Positions 20,927-30,691 of a stretch of 64,000 bases of DNA are shown here, piece after piece. This DNA is from Prevotella sp. (GTDB lineage: Bacteria > Bacteroidota > Bacteroidia > Bacteroidales > Bacteroidaceae), in contig JBJEKR010000044.1 of assembly GCA_051878735.1 (NCBI GenBank), positions 1,412-65,411 on the forward strand. The letters run 5' to 3'. The notes beneath the pieces were generated by a model. The model saw only the letters and a list, made by a program, of their open reading frames with translations. It ran no database searches and was not told the origin of the DNA. The position numbers and the translations under genes were made by a program. How positions within the stretch are numbered: position 1 is the first letter of the stretch; each line of letters starts with the position of its first letter.

Positions 20927-23900
20927 TTAAACACTCGTACCTCCCCCTCCGAGCGCATGGAAGAGCGTGGTAAGCGACTCGAGCATGGCGTAGCGTTCGG
21001 CTATAAGGTCGAGCTGCGCCGAGAGTAGTTGTTGGCGAGCGGTCAGCACGTGCAGATAGTTTGCCGAGCCGTACTGCATCTGCTGCTGCGTGTGGCTGAC
21101 CGTCTGCTGCAGCTGTTCAACCTGCTGCGCTATCAGGAGGCAGCGTACCTTGCTCGTGTGGCACGCAGCAAGAGCGTCGTTCACCTCCTTGCCCGCGTCG
21201 AGCAGGCTTTGCTGCCATTCCACAGCCGCCTGCTGCTGACGGACTTGGGCTGCCTTGAGATTGGCGGTCAGCTTGCCCTTGTTGAAAATGGGCTGGACAA
21301 GGCTGGCGGCTGCGCTGAGCAATGCCGCCCCAGGATTGCTCACGGCTGCACCGCCGCTGTTTGTCCAGCCCGCACTGCCACTAAGTGTAAGATTTGGATA
21401 GAAACTACCTTTGGCCTTGGCAGTGTTGAAGTAGGCCTGCTTCAGTCGCGACTCGCTGCTGCGCACGTCGGGACGCTGGGCAAGCAGCCCGACGCTGACA
21501 CCCGTAGAAATCGCCGACGGCATGTGTTGTTCTTCGATGGTAGTGCGTGCAATCGTTCCTGACAGTCGCCCGACGAGTGCGCATAGCGAGTTCTCTGTGT
21601 TTATGGTTTGTTGTCGGAGTTGTTCGCGAAGGGCTTCGGTGGAAAGAAGGCTTGCCTGGGCTTGGCTGACATCGGCGAGCGTACTCTGCCCCGCTTCCAT
21701 CAGTGCCTCAAGCGTACTGACGTATTCCGTCCAGTTGACTATGGTCTCTTCCACGGTCGCGCTCTTGCGGTCGAGGGCAAGTAGCGTGTAGTATTGGCTT
21801 GCCACGGTGGCAATGAGCTGCGACTGCACCGCCTGTGCGTAAGTCTCGCGCTCCTCGACGGTTGCGGCGGCCATGCGCCGCTCGTTGGTCAGCCGACCAA
21901 AGATGTCTGCTTCCCAGCTCACGTCGGCTCCTGCCGACCATGTCTTCACGGCTTTAGCCCCGTCGTAACTGCTTGTGGCGGCATTGGCGGCGAGGTCGAG
22001 GCTGGGCAATAGTGCCTTGCGTGCCGCCGAGAGCGACGCTTCGGCCTCTATCGTGGCGAGGCGTGCCGTGCGCAGGTCGGCATTGCGCTCCAGTGCCTCA
22101 CCGATGAGCTGTTGCAGACAAGGGTCGGTGAACAGCTGCTGCCACGACATCGAGGCAAGGCGTGATGCCTCGTCGTCCGCAACGGCGGTGTCGGCAGAGC
22201 CTACGATGAGGTCGGTGGCATCGGCGGCACGCTCGCGGCTGTAACCCGTGTATAGGCCGCAGCCGTCCAACAGGACTGTCGCTGCGGCAATTGAAATGAA
22301 CATGACCAAATGACGTGGCATGACGCGCTCCTGAAGTGTCTGGAATGCTATGAAGAACACTGGCACGACGAACAGCAGGGCAATGGTACCCACTGCCATA
22401 CCGCCAATGACGCCGAGCGAGAGCGAGATGTTGCCGTTGGCTCCCGCACCAGTGGAAAAGGCGAGGGGCAACATGCCGACTATCATCGTTAGAGCCGTCA
22501 TCAGGATTGGACGCAGACGTGCGCCAGCGGCTCCCATGGCAGCCTGGGCTATGGTCATGCCCTCGCGGCGGCGTGCCGAGGCATACTCAGTCAGGAGGAT
22601 AGCGGTCTTGGCAAGCAGACCGATGAGCATAATCAGACCCACCTGCATATAGACGTTGTTTTCAAGCCCAAACGCCCAGGCGAAAAGGAACGAGCCGAGC
22701 AGACCGAAAGGAACACTGAGCATGACGGCAAGCGGAATGAACAGGCTCTCATAGAGCGCGCAGAGGATGAGATAGACGAAGACGATGCAGATGACAAAGA
22801 TTATGTAAGTGTTGCTCGTCGATCTCGACTCCTCGCGCGTCATGCCAGAGAATTCATAACCATAGCCTCGTGGTAGCGTCTGTCGTGCAACCTCGCCAAT
22901 GGCGCGTATGGCGTCGCCCGATGAATAGCCTTCGGCTGGCTGTCCGTTGACGGCTATCGAGGTGTAGAGGTTGAAGCGTGTTAGCGACTCTGAGCTGTAG
23001 ATCTTCCTCAGCGAGAGGAAATGCCCCACGGGAGCCATCTCGCCCGATGCGGTGCGCACGAACATGTTGTCGAGCGAGTGGCGGTCAAGACGGTAGTCGG
23101 CAGGTGCCTGCACCATCACACGATAGAGTTTCGAGAAGGCGTTGAAGTTGCTGGCGTAGTTGCCACCGATATAGCCGTTGAGCACGTTCAGCACGGTGGT
23201 GGGCGTAATGCCCGCACGTTCGCATTTGGCAGCATCTACCTCAACCATGTATTGCGGATATTTTGCTGAGAAGGCTGTATAGGCCTGCGAGATTTCCTCG
23301 CGTTTGTTAAGCCCCTCGATGAAGTCGTTGGTCACGCTCATGAGGTCGCCGACGGTACCGCCCTTACGGTCCTGAACGTAAAGTTCGAAACCATTGCTCA
23401 TGCCGTAGCCCATGATGGTGGGCTGGGCGAAAGCGAAGATGGATGCCGACTTGATGTCTGCTGTCTTCATCAATATGCGGCCAATGACAGAGTTGATGTC
23501 CTGTCCCTTACCAGTACGCTCGTCCCAGTTGTGCAGTTTGGTTATTATCATTCCTCCAGCCGAGGTCTGACCGCCGAGTGAGCTGTAGCCGGCCACGTTA
23601 GAGTAGCTTTCCACTTCGGGAATTGTCTTCAGCGAGTCCTCGACGGCCTTCATGGCCTTCTTCGTCTGGCTGAGCGTACTACCTGCGGGCGTTGTGACAT
23701 TGACAAACAGCGTTCCCATGTCCTCGTCAGGAATGAGTCCCGTCTTGGTCGAGGTCATCAGTGCGCCGAGCAACAAGATGCAGGTGGCGAGCAACGACCA
23801 CGAAATCCACTTATGGCGGAACAGCAGGCGCAGACCGCTCTTGTAGCGGAGGACAAGGGTACGGAAGGCCGCGTCGAAAGCGAGATGAAACTTCTCAGAA

Positions 23901-25426
23901 AAGCCTCTTGCATTCATAGAACCTTCCGCGCCCCACGGCCTCATTATCAAAGAGCAGAGAGCTGGGCAAAGGGTCAAGGCGTTGACAGCCGAGATACCGA
24001 CCGCGACAGCCATCGTCAGACCGAACTCCTCGTAGTAGGTACCACTCGTACCGCCCATGAAAGAAGTAGGTATGAAAACTGCCATGAACACCAAGGAGGT
24101 AGTGAAGATGGCCGTCGCTATGCCGTCCATTGCCCGTGATGTCGCCTCATGAGGCGACCGTTCGCCCTCGTCGAAGCGTGCCTGTACTGCCTCGACAACC
24201 ACTATGGCATCGTCAACCACCGTACCTATCACAAGCACGAGGGCAAACAGAGTGAGGAGGTTGAGCGAGAAGCCGTAGGCATACATGAAGGCGAAGGTGC
24301 CTATGAGCGATACTATTATGGAGATTGTTGGTATTATGGTCGAACGGAGGCTCTGTAGGAATAAGAACACCACGAGCACGACGAGACAGATGGTCTCAAG
24401 CAGCGTCTGCACCACCTCCGATGTGGCGGCGTTCAGGAAGTCGTTGGTGTCCATCAGGCTTTTTATTTCCAGTCCTTCGGGCAGTTCCTCCTGTATCTCG
24501 TCGAGCAGGCGGTCGATCTGCTCGTTTATGTCGTGTGCGTTGGAGCCTGCCGTCTGCGACACCATCGCCGTGGTGCCAGGGTGTGAGTTCACTTGGTTGC
24601 TGTATGCGTAGTTCTGAACGCCCAGCTCCACTCGTGCCACATCCTTCAGCCGCAGCACCTCGCCGCCGTCGAGAGCCTTTATTACGATGTTGCCGAACTC
24701 ACCTGCCTTCTCGTAGCGTCCGCGGTATTTAAGCGTGTATTGGAAGGTATTGTCGGAGTTGTCACCCAACGTACCTGTTGCGGCCTCCACGTTCTGCGCG
24801 TCGAGCTTGCCAATAACATCGGCAGGTTCCAGTTTGTACTGCGCCATCTTCTGCGGGTTGAGCCAGATGCGCATGGCATACTCGCTTCCCATGGTGTTGA
24901 CGCTTCCCACACCCTTTATACGGAGAATCTTTGGCTCGACGTTTATCTTGAAATAGTTTGTGATGAAATCGTTGTCGAATGAGTCATCGGGGCTGAACAA
25001 CGAGATGATTTTCAGCATCGAGTTCTGCCTTTTCTCAACGGTCACACCAATCTTTGTCACCTCGGCGGGCAACTTTCCCTCGGCTTGGCTGACACGGTTT
25101 TTCACGTTCACCGTAGCCATGTCGGGATCGGTGCCTTGCTCGAAGTTCACCGTTATTGTAGCTGAGCCCATATTCGTTGCCGTGGAGGTCATGTACGCCA
25201 TGTTCTCCACTCCATTTATCGACTCTTCCAATGGCACTACAACGCTTTTCAGCACGGTCTCGGCGTTGGCTCCCGAATATGTTGCACTAACCGATATGGT
25301 TGGCGGCGCGATGTCGGGATATTGTTCCATTGGTAGGTTCACCAGACCTATTATGCCAACAAGCACTATCATAACCGATATGACGCAAGCCAATATCGGT
25401 CGGTTAAGAAATACTTTTATGTTCAT
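20927..25426 (-). CDS. HAE1-type RND efflux permease fused in frame to an outer-membrane factor (OprM/NodT-like)
   Basis: aa 1-1035 AcrB-like (EQYPDIAPP, GTVVDDAIVVVE, RLRPILMT); aa 1036-1056 lipoprotein-signal-like ending LLDGC; then OEP repeats (WEADIFG, LLAQRPDVR, LFHALGGG). Confidence 0.9.
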   Translation of the reverse strand: MNIKVFLNRPILACVISVMIVLVGIIGLVNLPMEQYPDIAPPTISVSATYSGANAETVLKSVVVPLEESINGVENMAYMTSTATNMGSATITVNFEQGTDPDMATVNVKNRVSQAEGKLPAEVTKIGVTVEKRQNSMLKIISLFSPDDSFDNDFITNYFKINVEPKILRIKGVGSVNTMGSEYAMRIWLNPQKMAQYKLEPADVIGKLDAQNVEAATGTLGDNSDNTFQYTLKYRGRYEKAGEFGNIVIKALDGGEVLRLKDVARVELGVQNYAYSNQVNSHPGTTAMVSQTAGSNAHDINEQIDRLLDEIQEELPEGLEIKSLMDTNDFLNAATSEVVQTLLETICLVVLVVFLFLQSLRSTIIPTISIIVSLIGTFAFMYAYGFSLNLLTLFALVLVIGTVVDDAIVVVEAVQARFDEGERSPHEATSRAMDGIATAIFTTSLVFMAVFIPTSFMGGTSGTYYEEFGLTMAVAVGISAVNALTLCPALCSLIMRPWGAEGSMNARGFSEKFHLAFDAAFRTLVLRYKSGLRLLFRHKWISWSLLATCILLLGALMTSTKTGLIPDEDMGTLFVNVTTPAGSTLSQTKKAMKAVEDSLKTIPEVESYSNVAGYSSLGGQTSAGGMIITKLHNWDERTGKGQDINSVIGRILMKTADIKSASIFAFAQPTIMGYGMSNGFELYVQDRKGGTVGDLMSVTNDFIEGLNKREEISQAYTAFSAKYPQYMVEVDAAKCERAGITPTTVLNVLNGYIGGNYASNFNAFSKLYRVMVQAPADYRLDRHSLDNMFVRTASGEMAPVGHFLSLRKIYSSESLTRFNLYTSIAVNGQPAEGYSSGDAIRAIGEVARQTLPRGYGYEFSGMTREESRSTSNTYIIFVICIVFVYLILCALYESLFIPLAVMLSVPFGLLGSFLFAWAFGLENNVYMQVGLIMLIGLLAKTAILLTEYASARRREGMTIAQAAMGAAGARLRPILMTALTMIVGMLPLAFSTGAGANGNISLSLGVIGGMAVGTIALLFVVPVFFIAFQTLQERVMPRHLVMFISIAAATVLLDGCGLYTGYSRERAADATDLIVGSADTAVADDEASRLASMSWQQLFTDPCLQQLIGEALERNADLRTARLATIEAEASLSAARKALLPSLDLAANAATSSYDGAKAVKTWSAGADVSWEADIFGRLTNERRMAAATVEERETYAQAVQSQLIATVASQYYTLLALDRKSATVEETIVNWTEYVSTLEALMEAGQSTLADVSQAQASLLSTEALREQLRQQTINTENSLCALVGRLSGTIARTTIEEQHMPSAISTGVSVGLLAQRPDVRSSESRLKQAYFNTAKAKGSFYPNLTLSGSAGWTNSGGAAVSNPGAALLSAAASLVQPIFNKGKLTANLKAAQVRQQQAAVEWQQSLLDAGKEVNDALAACHTSKVRCLLIAQQVEQLQQTVSHTQQQMQYGSANYLHVLTARQQLLSAQLDLIAERYAMLESLTTLFHALGGGGTSV

Positions 25427-25451
25427 TGTTCTATATAGGAGTTCAAGGAGT

Positions 25452-26549
25452 TCATTTCACAATTATTCCATCATGCAGCAATCCCGCTCCTTCGGCTATA
25501 ATAACGTCGCCCTGCTTCAGTCCATGCGTGACGATGAAGAGGCTGCCGTTGTCATAGTCGGACACTTTTATCTCAGTAGATTTCGTCTTGCCTTCAACTA
25601 CCTTATACACGAAGTGCTTGTCCTGCAACTCATAGGTGGCTTCCTGCGGAATGACCACCACATCGTTCATCTCATACGGCATGATAATGGTTCCAGTACC
25701 GCCGTTGCTCAGCGTCTGTCGCGCATTGGAGAACGTGGCACGCAGAGCCACCGCACCTGTTGCCGCATCGACATTGCCGCTGATAGCATCCACCGTGCCC
25801 TTCGCCTCGTATTCCTTGTCGTCGGCAAGTCGCAGCATCACCTTTGGCATTGCCTCGATAGCTTTGGCGAGCGAGCCGTGTTCGGCAGTCAACCGTTGCA
25901 TCTCCGTCTCGGTTATGGAAAAGTAGGCGTGTATCTGCTGATTGTCGGCTACGGTGGCGAGGGGCTCTGCCATCGATGGTCCCACGAGTGCACCAACACG
26001 ATAGGGCATCATGCCCGTCACGCCGTCGGCAGGACTCTTCACTGTTGTGTATGAGAGGTTATTGCGTGCTGACAGCTCCGTAGCCTCAGCGTCCTGCAGT
26101 GCCGCGCGCAACTGGTTCACATCATTTTGAGCCTGCTCCACTTCGAAGTCGCTCACCACGTTCTTCTCTCTCAGTGCCAGTTTGCCCTTCAGCGTCAGTT
26201 CGGCATTGGCGAGCTGCGCCTTGGCAGCGTTCACCTGTGCCGTGGCATTCTGCAAAGCCGCTTTGTATGGCACTTGGTCGATAACGAACATCGTCTGGCC
26301 GCGTTTTACTCTCGCGCCCTCACCAACGCAAATTTCGGTGATAGTTCCACTCACTTGCGGACGCACCTCCACAGTCTGCACGCCGCGCAACGTAGCGGTG
26401 TATTCGCGGTCGATGGTGCAGCCCGACTTTTCAATCTTCAGTGTCTTGTAGTTGCCTGCGCCTATCTTCGCTGACGGCTTGCCGCACGACATCATAATCG
26501 TGACGCAGGCACTAACTACAATCATTTTCATTAACGAATTACTATTCAT
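25452..26549 (-). CDS. RND periplasmic adaptor (AcrA-like lipoprotein)
   Basis: Lipobox IMMSC, EVRPQVSG, DAATGAVALRA. Confidence 0.92.
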   Translation of the reverse strand: MNSNSLMKMIVVSACVTIMMSCGKPSAKIGAGNYKTLKIEKSGCTIDREYTATLRGVQTVEVRPQVSGTITEICVGEGARVKRGQTMFVIDQVPYKAALQNATAQVNAAKAQLANAELTLKGKLALREKNVVSDFEVEQAQNDVNQLRAALQDAEATELSARNNLSYTTVKSPADGVTGMMPYRVGALVGPSMAEPLATVADNQQIHAYFSITETEMQRLTAEHGSLAKAIEAMPKVMLRLADDKEYEAKGTVDAISGNVDAATGAVALRATFSNARQTLSNGGTGTIIMPYEMNDVVVIPQEATYELQDKHFVYKVVEGKTKSTEIKVSDYDNGSLFIVTHGLKQGDVIIAEGAGLLHDGIIVK

Positions 26550-26577
26550 TGCAAATATGTACTTTTGTTTTTGGCTG

Positions 26578-26640
26578 CAAAATTACGGTATTGTGCTGAA
26601 AGCATCGTTGTCCCGATGGTTTCGTTTTTTGTCTATATGG
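26578..26640 (-). promoter_or_regulatory. RND operon promoter with an AraC-type 21-bp direct repeat
   Basis: TAATTTTG at 26585-26578; TTGTCCCGATGG (26608) and TTGTCTATATGG (26629). Confidence 0.6.
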
Positions 26641-26767
26641 AAACAAAATAGCCACGGTTGTTAATGCTGTGGAGTATGTAGGAGAAAATGACGAGTTTTT
26701 TCGATAATAAATGTTATCCTTACGCTCTTTGTTGCCAGAAAGGGCAAAAACGACTACTTTTGCAGCC

Positions 26768-27691
26768 ATGGAAATAAATGATTTTGAAAATCGATACGAT
26801 GCCTTGGCGCATCTTAACCATCAAGTCGGCTTGTGGAGACTGTCGGCAAAGGACATTGCCAAAGGCGAATCGGTGGCACTCAGCGTAAAAATGATTATTG
26901 TGGTGACACACGGAGGTATGTGCCTACGCGTGGGCGAGCGCGACTGCGTGATATCGGCTCCTGCTTTCGCCGATCTTTCAGGCAGTAGCTCGGCAGTGCG
27001 CCTACTGTCGGCATCTGACGACGTAGAGGGATTTGTGTTTCTGTTCACATCGGAGTATCTTGTGCGTCTGTTCAGAAATCATCCACCGTTCAGCATAGAC
27101 TATGTCAGTTTCATTCAGTCGCACCCCGTGTGCCGACTGCCACAGAATGTGGCTATGCTCTTCACCGATGCGATGGAAAGTCTCTGGAGAACACTTTTAG
27201 ACACCGACAACATCAACCGCCGACGCTTGACTGACAGCAAGGTGAAGATTCTGTATATGGAGATTGAGAACTATTTTGAACATGTCCGTCAGCTGCCATC
27301 GGCGGCTGACGTGGGCTTCACCGACCGTCGTATGGAGCTGTTCACCATGTTTGTTGAGAAACTGAGGCTCTACGCCAAGAGTAGGCACACCGTGGAGTTC
27401 TTTGCCTCGGCAGTCAGCGTCACGCCGCAGTATCTCAACCGCATAGTGCGCGACATCTCTGGCCGCACTGCTTCGGCAATGATTGCCGACGCAGTGCTGG
27501 GCGAGGCGAAGAGGCTGCTGGAGTCAACCGATGCGCCGTTGCAGCATGTGGCTTTGGAAATGGACTTTGCCGACCAATCATCGTTTACGAAGTTCTTCAA
27601 ACGACTGGCTGGAATCACGCCGTTGGAGTATAGGAATGGGAGACCCACCCCCATCCCCTCCTTGGGTAGGGGAGATTTTAGAGATGAATAA
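26768..27691 (+). CDS. AraC family transcriptional regulator, divergent from the RND operon
   Basis: C-terminal double HTH (VTPQYLNRIV, FADQSSFTKFFK..GITP). Start at ATG 26768, after TACTTTTG at 26755-26762. Confidence 0.88.
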   Translation: MEINDFENRYDALAHLNHQVGLWRLSAKDIAKGESVALSVKMIIVVTHGGMCLRVGERDCVISAPAFADLSGSSSAVRLLSASDDVEGFVFLFTSEYLVRLFRNHPPFSIDYVSFIQSHPVCRLPQNVAMLFTDAMESLWRTLLDTDNINRRRLTDSKVKILYMEIENYFEHVRQLPSAADVGFTDRRMELFTMFVEKLRLYAKSRHTVEFFASAVSVTPQYLNRIVRDISGRTASAMIADAVLGEAKRLLESTDAPLQHVALEMDFADQSSFTKFFKRLAGITPLEYRNGRPTPIPSLGRGDFRDE

Positions 27692-27755
27692 TAACCGCAC
27701 TCTCTGTGCAGTTGTAGATATATTCTTCAATAAACCATCATATAACGAGAAATCC

Positions 27756-28232
27756 ATGAAGAGAGTTTTTATATATTTGGTTTGTGTTTTCATACAGACA
27801 AAGAATTTCGGCCAGCGCACATGCACGGTGGTTGATATGCTGACGGGATTGCCGCTTGCCGACGTGAGAGTGATTGCCGACCACTACGAGCGAAAGGCCG
27901 TAAACACCAACCGAAAGGGTGAATTCATCATCATGTCGGGCGACTACAAGTTCCTAACCTTAAGCATCGACGGTTACCTGACACGCATTCTTGGCAAGGA
28001 CGAAGTAGGCGACACCATAAGGTTGCTCTCCAACATCAATAGGCTCGACGAGTTTGTGGTATATGGCAAGGACCCCATGAAGAACGCCGCCTTCAGCAGG
28101 GAACTGGCACGCATGGGCAAAAGCAAGTCGCTGGGCGGAAAGCCTTCTGGCATGGACATTCTCGGACTGTTCAGACGCAGAGTGTCGGAAAAGAAGAGGC
28201 AAGAGAGGCTCAAAGCCATCGAAAACTATTAA
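27756..28232 (+). CDS. Small secreted protein with a carboxypeptidase-regulatory-like domain
   Basis: Signal-like N-terminus, VVDMLTGLPL, TNRKGEF, LSIDGY, LDEFVVYG. Start reassigned to MKRVF. Confidence 0.65.
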   Translation: MKRVFIYLVCVFIQTKNFGQRTCTVVDMLTGLPLADVRVIADHYERKAVNTNRKGEFIIMSGDYKFLTLSIDGYLTRILGKDEVGDTIRLLSNINRLDEFVVYGKDPMKNAAFSRELARMGKSKSLGGKPSGMDILGLFRRRVSEKKRQERLKAIENY

Positions 28233-28378
28233 GTCTTAATTACTTTTTGCGCAAGGTGCGGGTGGGATCCACACTTCGGTAGGCTGCAAGACATTTTTCT
28301 CGCAAATGCCTTGCATTTCTGAAAAATACGTTGTAAATTTGCATGCGAATTGCTAAATACAATGAAATCATTATCGAT

Positions 28379-29908
28379 ATGAAACAGAAATCTACACTAC
28401 TGATGATGCTGCTATTGGCAGCCTCTTTCGGGTGGGCACAGCCTAACGGTACAGGCACTTACTACCAGAGTGCAAACGGAAACAAGGGCCAGAGTCTGAA
28501 AACCGCCCTCTACGAAATCATCAAGTCGCCAAGCGTCCAGGCCTACAGCCAGCTGTTTGAGTGCTACAAGTCAACCGACCTCAGACCCGACGGCAAGATT
28601 TGGGACATGTACTCAAACACCACCAACTTCGATCCTGACAACGACCATTCGGGCAACTATTCAGCCGAAGGCGACATGTTCAACCGCGAACATTCCTTCC
28701 CGAAGAGCTGGTTTAGCGACGCCTCGCCCATGAATTCCGACCTTTTCCACGTCATCCCCACCGACGGCTACGTGAACAACCGCCGCGGCAACTATCCCTT
28801 CGGCGAGACTAAGGGCGAGACCTATATGTCAAACGGCGGATTCAGTAAGGTGGGCACGTCAACCATAAGCGGCTACACAGGCACCGTGTTTGAACCTAAC
28901 GACGAATACAAGGGCGACTTTGCACGAATTTATTTCTACATGGTCACGTGCTACGAAGATAAAGTGGCTTCGTGGAACTGCGACATACTTGCTAAAAACA
29001 CCTATCCCGCCTACGTACAATGGGCCATTGACATGCTGCTCAGATGGGCAAAAGACGACCCCGTGAGCCAGAAGGAGATCGATCGCAACAATGCCGTATA
29101 TAAAATACAGGGCAACAGAAACCCATACGTTGACTATCCGGGACTGGAACAGTATGTATGGGGCAGCAAAACCGACGTGGCTTTCTCATACGACGACTAT
29201 GACTCTACCGTCACTCCCGACCCTGACCCAGAACCAGATCCAGAACCAACTCCCGATCCTGAACCCGTCGACGGGAAACAAAACTACGTGAAAGTGACCG
29301 GCAACGACGGCTTGCAGATTGGGGCCCATTATCTTCTTGTATATGAGAGTGATGCAGAAGGCAAGGCCCTTGCCGACATGATTTCGTCGGGCAAGGCCTT
29401 CAACTATGCAAGCGTGGCCATAGACAACGGAAAGATTACCACCAATGTCAACTCCGACGGCTTGCCACACGAGCTGACGCTTGGAGGCGAGGCGGGCAGC
29501 TACACCATCTACGACACCAAGCTGAACGCTTATTTGTCGCTCCCCTCTTCCGACAACGCACTCAAGACCGCCGAGACCGCTACGGGGGCAAACGAAGAAT
29601 GGACAATAAGCATATCAGACGGCTATGCCGAAATCAGAAACAACGGCCACGCCACCCGAACCATAAGGTATAATGCCGGCTACCCTCGTTTCGCCTGCTA
29701 CACATCAGGACAGGAGCCGGTGTCGCTATACAAGCTCAACGTTTCAAGCTCAATAGACATACTGGACGCCGACGAACCGTCGCGCTGCTCTGTCATCTAT
29801 TCCATTGATGGCCGCCGTGTAGGCACGACAAAGAATGGAGATACCGCCACCGACGGACTACAAAGGGGCGTATATATAATAGGAGGTAAGAAACTTCTTG
29901 TCAAGTAG
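28379..29908 (+). CDS. Secreted endonuclease I family nuclease with a Pro-Asp/Glu linker and T9SS-like C-terminal domain
   Basis: NREHSFPKSW, DLFHVIPTD..VN..R.N, GDFARIYFYM, QGNRNPYVD; C-terminal YSIDGRRV...GVYIIGGKK. Confidence 0.85.
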   Translation: MKQKSTLLMMLLLAASFGWAQPNGTGTYYQSANGNKGQSLKTALYEIIKSPSVQAYSQLFECYKSTDLRPDGKIWDMYSNTTNFDPDNDHSGNYSAEGDMFNREHSFPKSWFSDASPMNSDLFHVIPTDGYVNNRRGNYPFGETKGETYMSNGGFSKVGTSTISGYTGTVFEPNDEYKGDFARIYFYMVTCYEDKVASWNCDILAKNTYPAYVQWAIDMLLRWAKDDPVSQKEIDRNNAVYKIQGNRNPYVDYPGLEQYVWGSKTDVAFSYDDYDSTVTPDPDPEPDPEPTPDPEPVDGKQNYVKVTGNDGLQIGAHYLLVYESDAEGKALADMISSGKAFNYASVAIDNGKITTNVNSDGLPHELTLGGEAGSYTIYDTKLNAYLSLPSSDNALKTAETATGANEEWTISISDGYAEIRNNGHATRTIRYNAGYPRFACYTSGQEPVSLYKLNVSSSIDILDADEPSRCSVIYSIDGRRVGTTKNGDTATDGLQRGVYIIGGKKLLVK

Positions 29909-29956
29909 TACAACTTGCCGTCTGTCATTCCCGTCAGCCTTTTGAAAACATAAAAA

Positions 29957-30023
29957 ATAGAAGGATTCTATTGGCAGATAGATAATTTCAGTTTGCATCT
30001 ATGGAAGATATGTAGTAACTTTG
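29957..30023 (+). promoter_or_regulatory. Promoter with an OxyR-like box
   Basis: ATAG-N7-CTAT-N6-ATAG-N7-CAGT (29957-29992) upstream of TAACTTTG (30016-30023). Confidence 0.5.
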
Positions 30024-30078
30024 CCGACAGAAAGAAAAAACAATGTTGAACAATTAAAACGTATAGGAGAAAAGAATT

Positions 30079-30642
30079 ATGAGAAGTATCACAACTTTTG
30101 ACCTTCAGTATGCACATCGCTTCTATGGATTCCAGGGCGAGGCTCAATATCTTCACGGACATACAGGCGTGTTGACAATAGAAGTAGAGGACTCAGTAAA
30201 CGAGGGCGTAAACATGGTTTATCCATGCAACGAGATTCAGAAAGTGGCTTGGGAGCTGCTGAAAAACTTCGACCATGCACTCATTCTGCGCGAAGACGAT
30301 CCACTACTGCCAGCAATTCTAGATGTTTATGAGAAGCAAGGCATAAAGAACGGACACCCACGCAACACCATGAAGGGCGAGGCATTCAAGACAGAGCTTG
30401 CAACTGCTTATCCTGACGCACGCCTTGTGGTTACAAAGGAGACCATGACCGTTGAAGGAATGATTAAAATCGTTTACGACCTGCTGAAAGACAAGCTGAA
30501 CATTGCAAAGATAACATTCACCAGCGGCGTGAATGCTGCCTCGGCTGAGTTTACCGACCGCAAGCAGATTGACCGTTGCCCTCTCTGTGGTATCGCTCTC
30601 GACGAGAATGGCGTTTGCCCAAAGTGCGGCTATAGGAAATAA
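30079..30642 (+). CDS. QueD/PTPS (COG0720) family protein with a C-terminal CxxC..CxxC metal ribbon
   Basis: AHRF...LHGHT, FDHA, TVEGM; tail CPLCG...CPKCG. Confidence 0.8.
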   Translation: MRSITTFDLQYAHRFYGFQGEAQYLHGHTGVLTIEVEDSVNEGVNMVYPCNEIQKVAWELLKNFDHALILREDDPLLPAILDVYEKQGIKNGHPRNTMKGEAFKTELATAYPDARLVVTKETMTVEGMIKIVYDLLKDKLNIAKITFTSGVNAASAEFTDRKQIDRCPLCGIALDENGVCPKCGYRK

Positions 30643-30653
30643 AGTTTAGAGGA

Positions 30654-30687
30654 AGTTTTGGAGGGTAGAGTTCTGCCCTCCAAAACT
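30654..30687. terminator. Bidirectional terminator-like hairpin
   Basis: AGTTTTGGAGGGTAGA / TCTGCCCTCCAAAACT between convergent genes. Confidence 0.7.
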
Positions 30688-30691
30688 CTTT

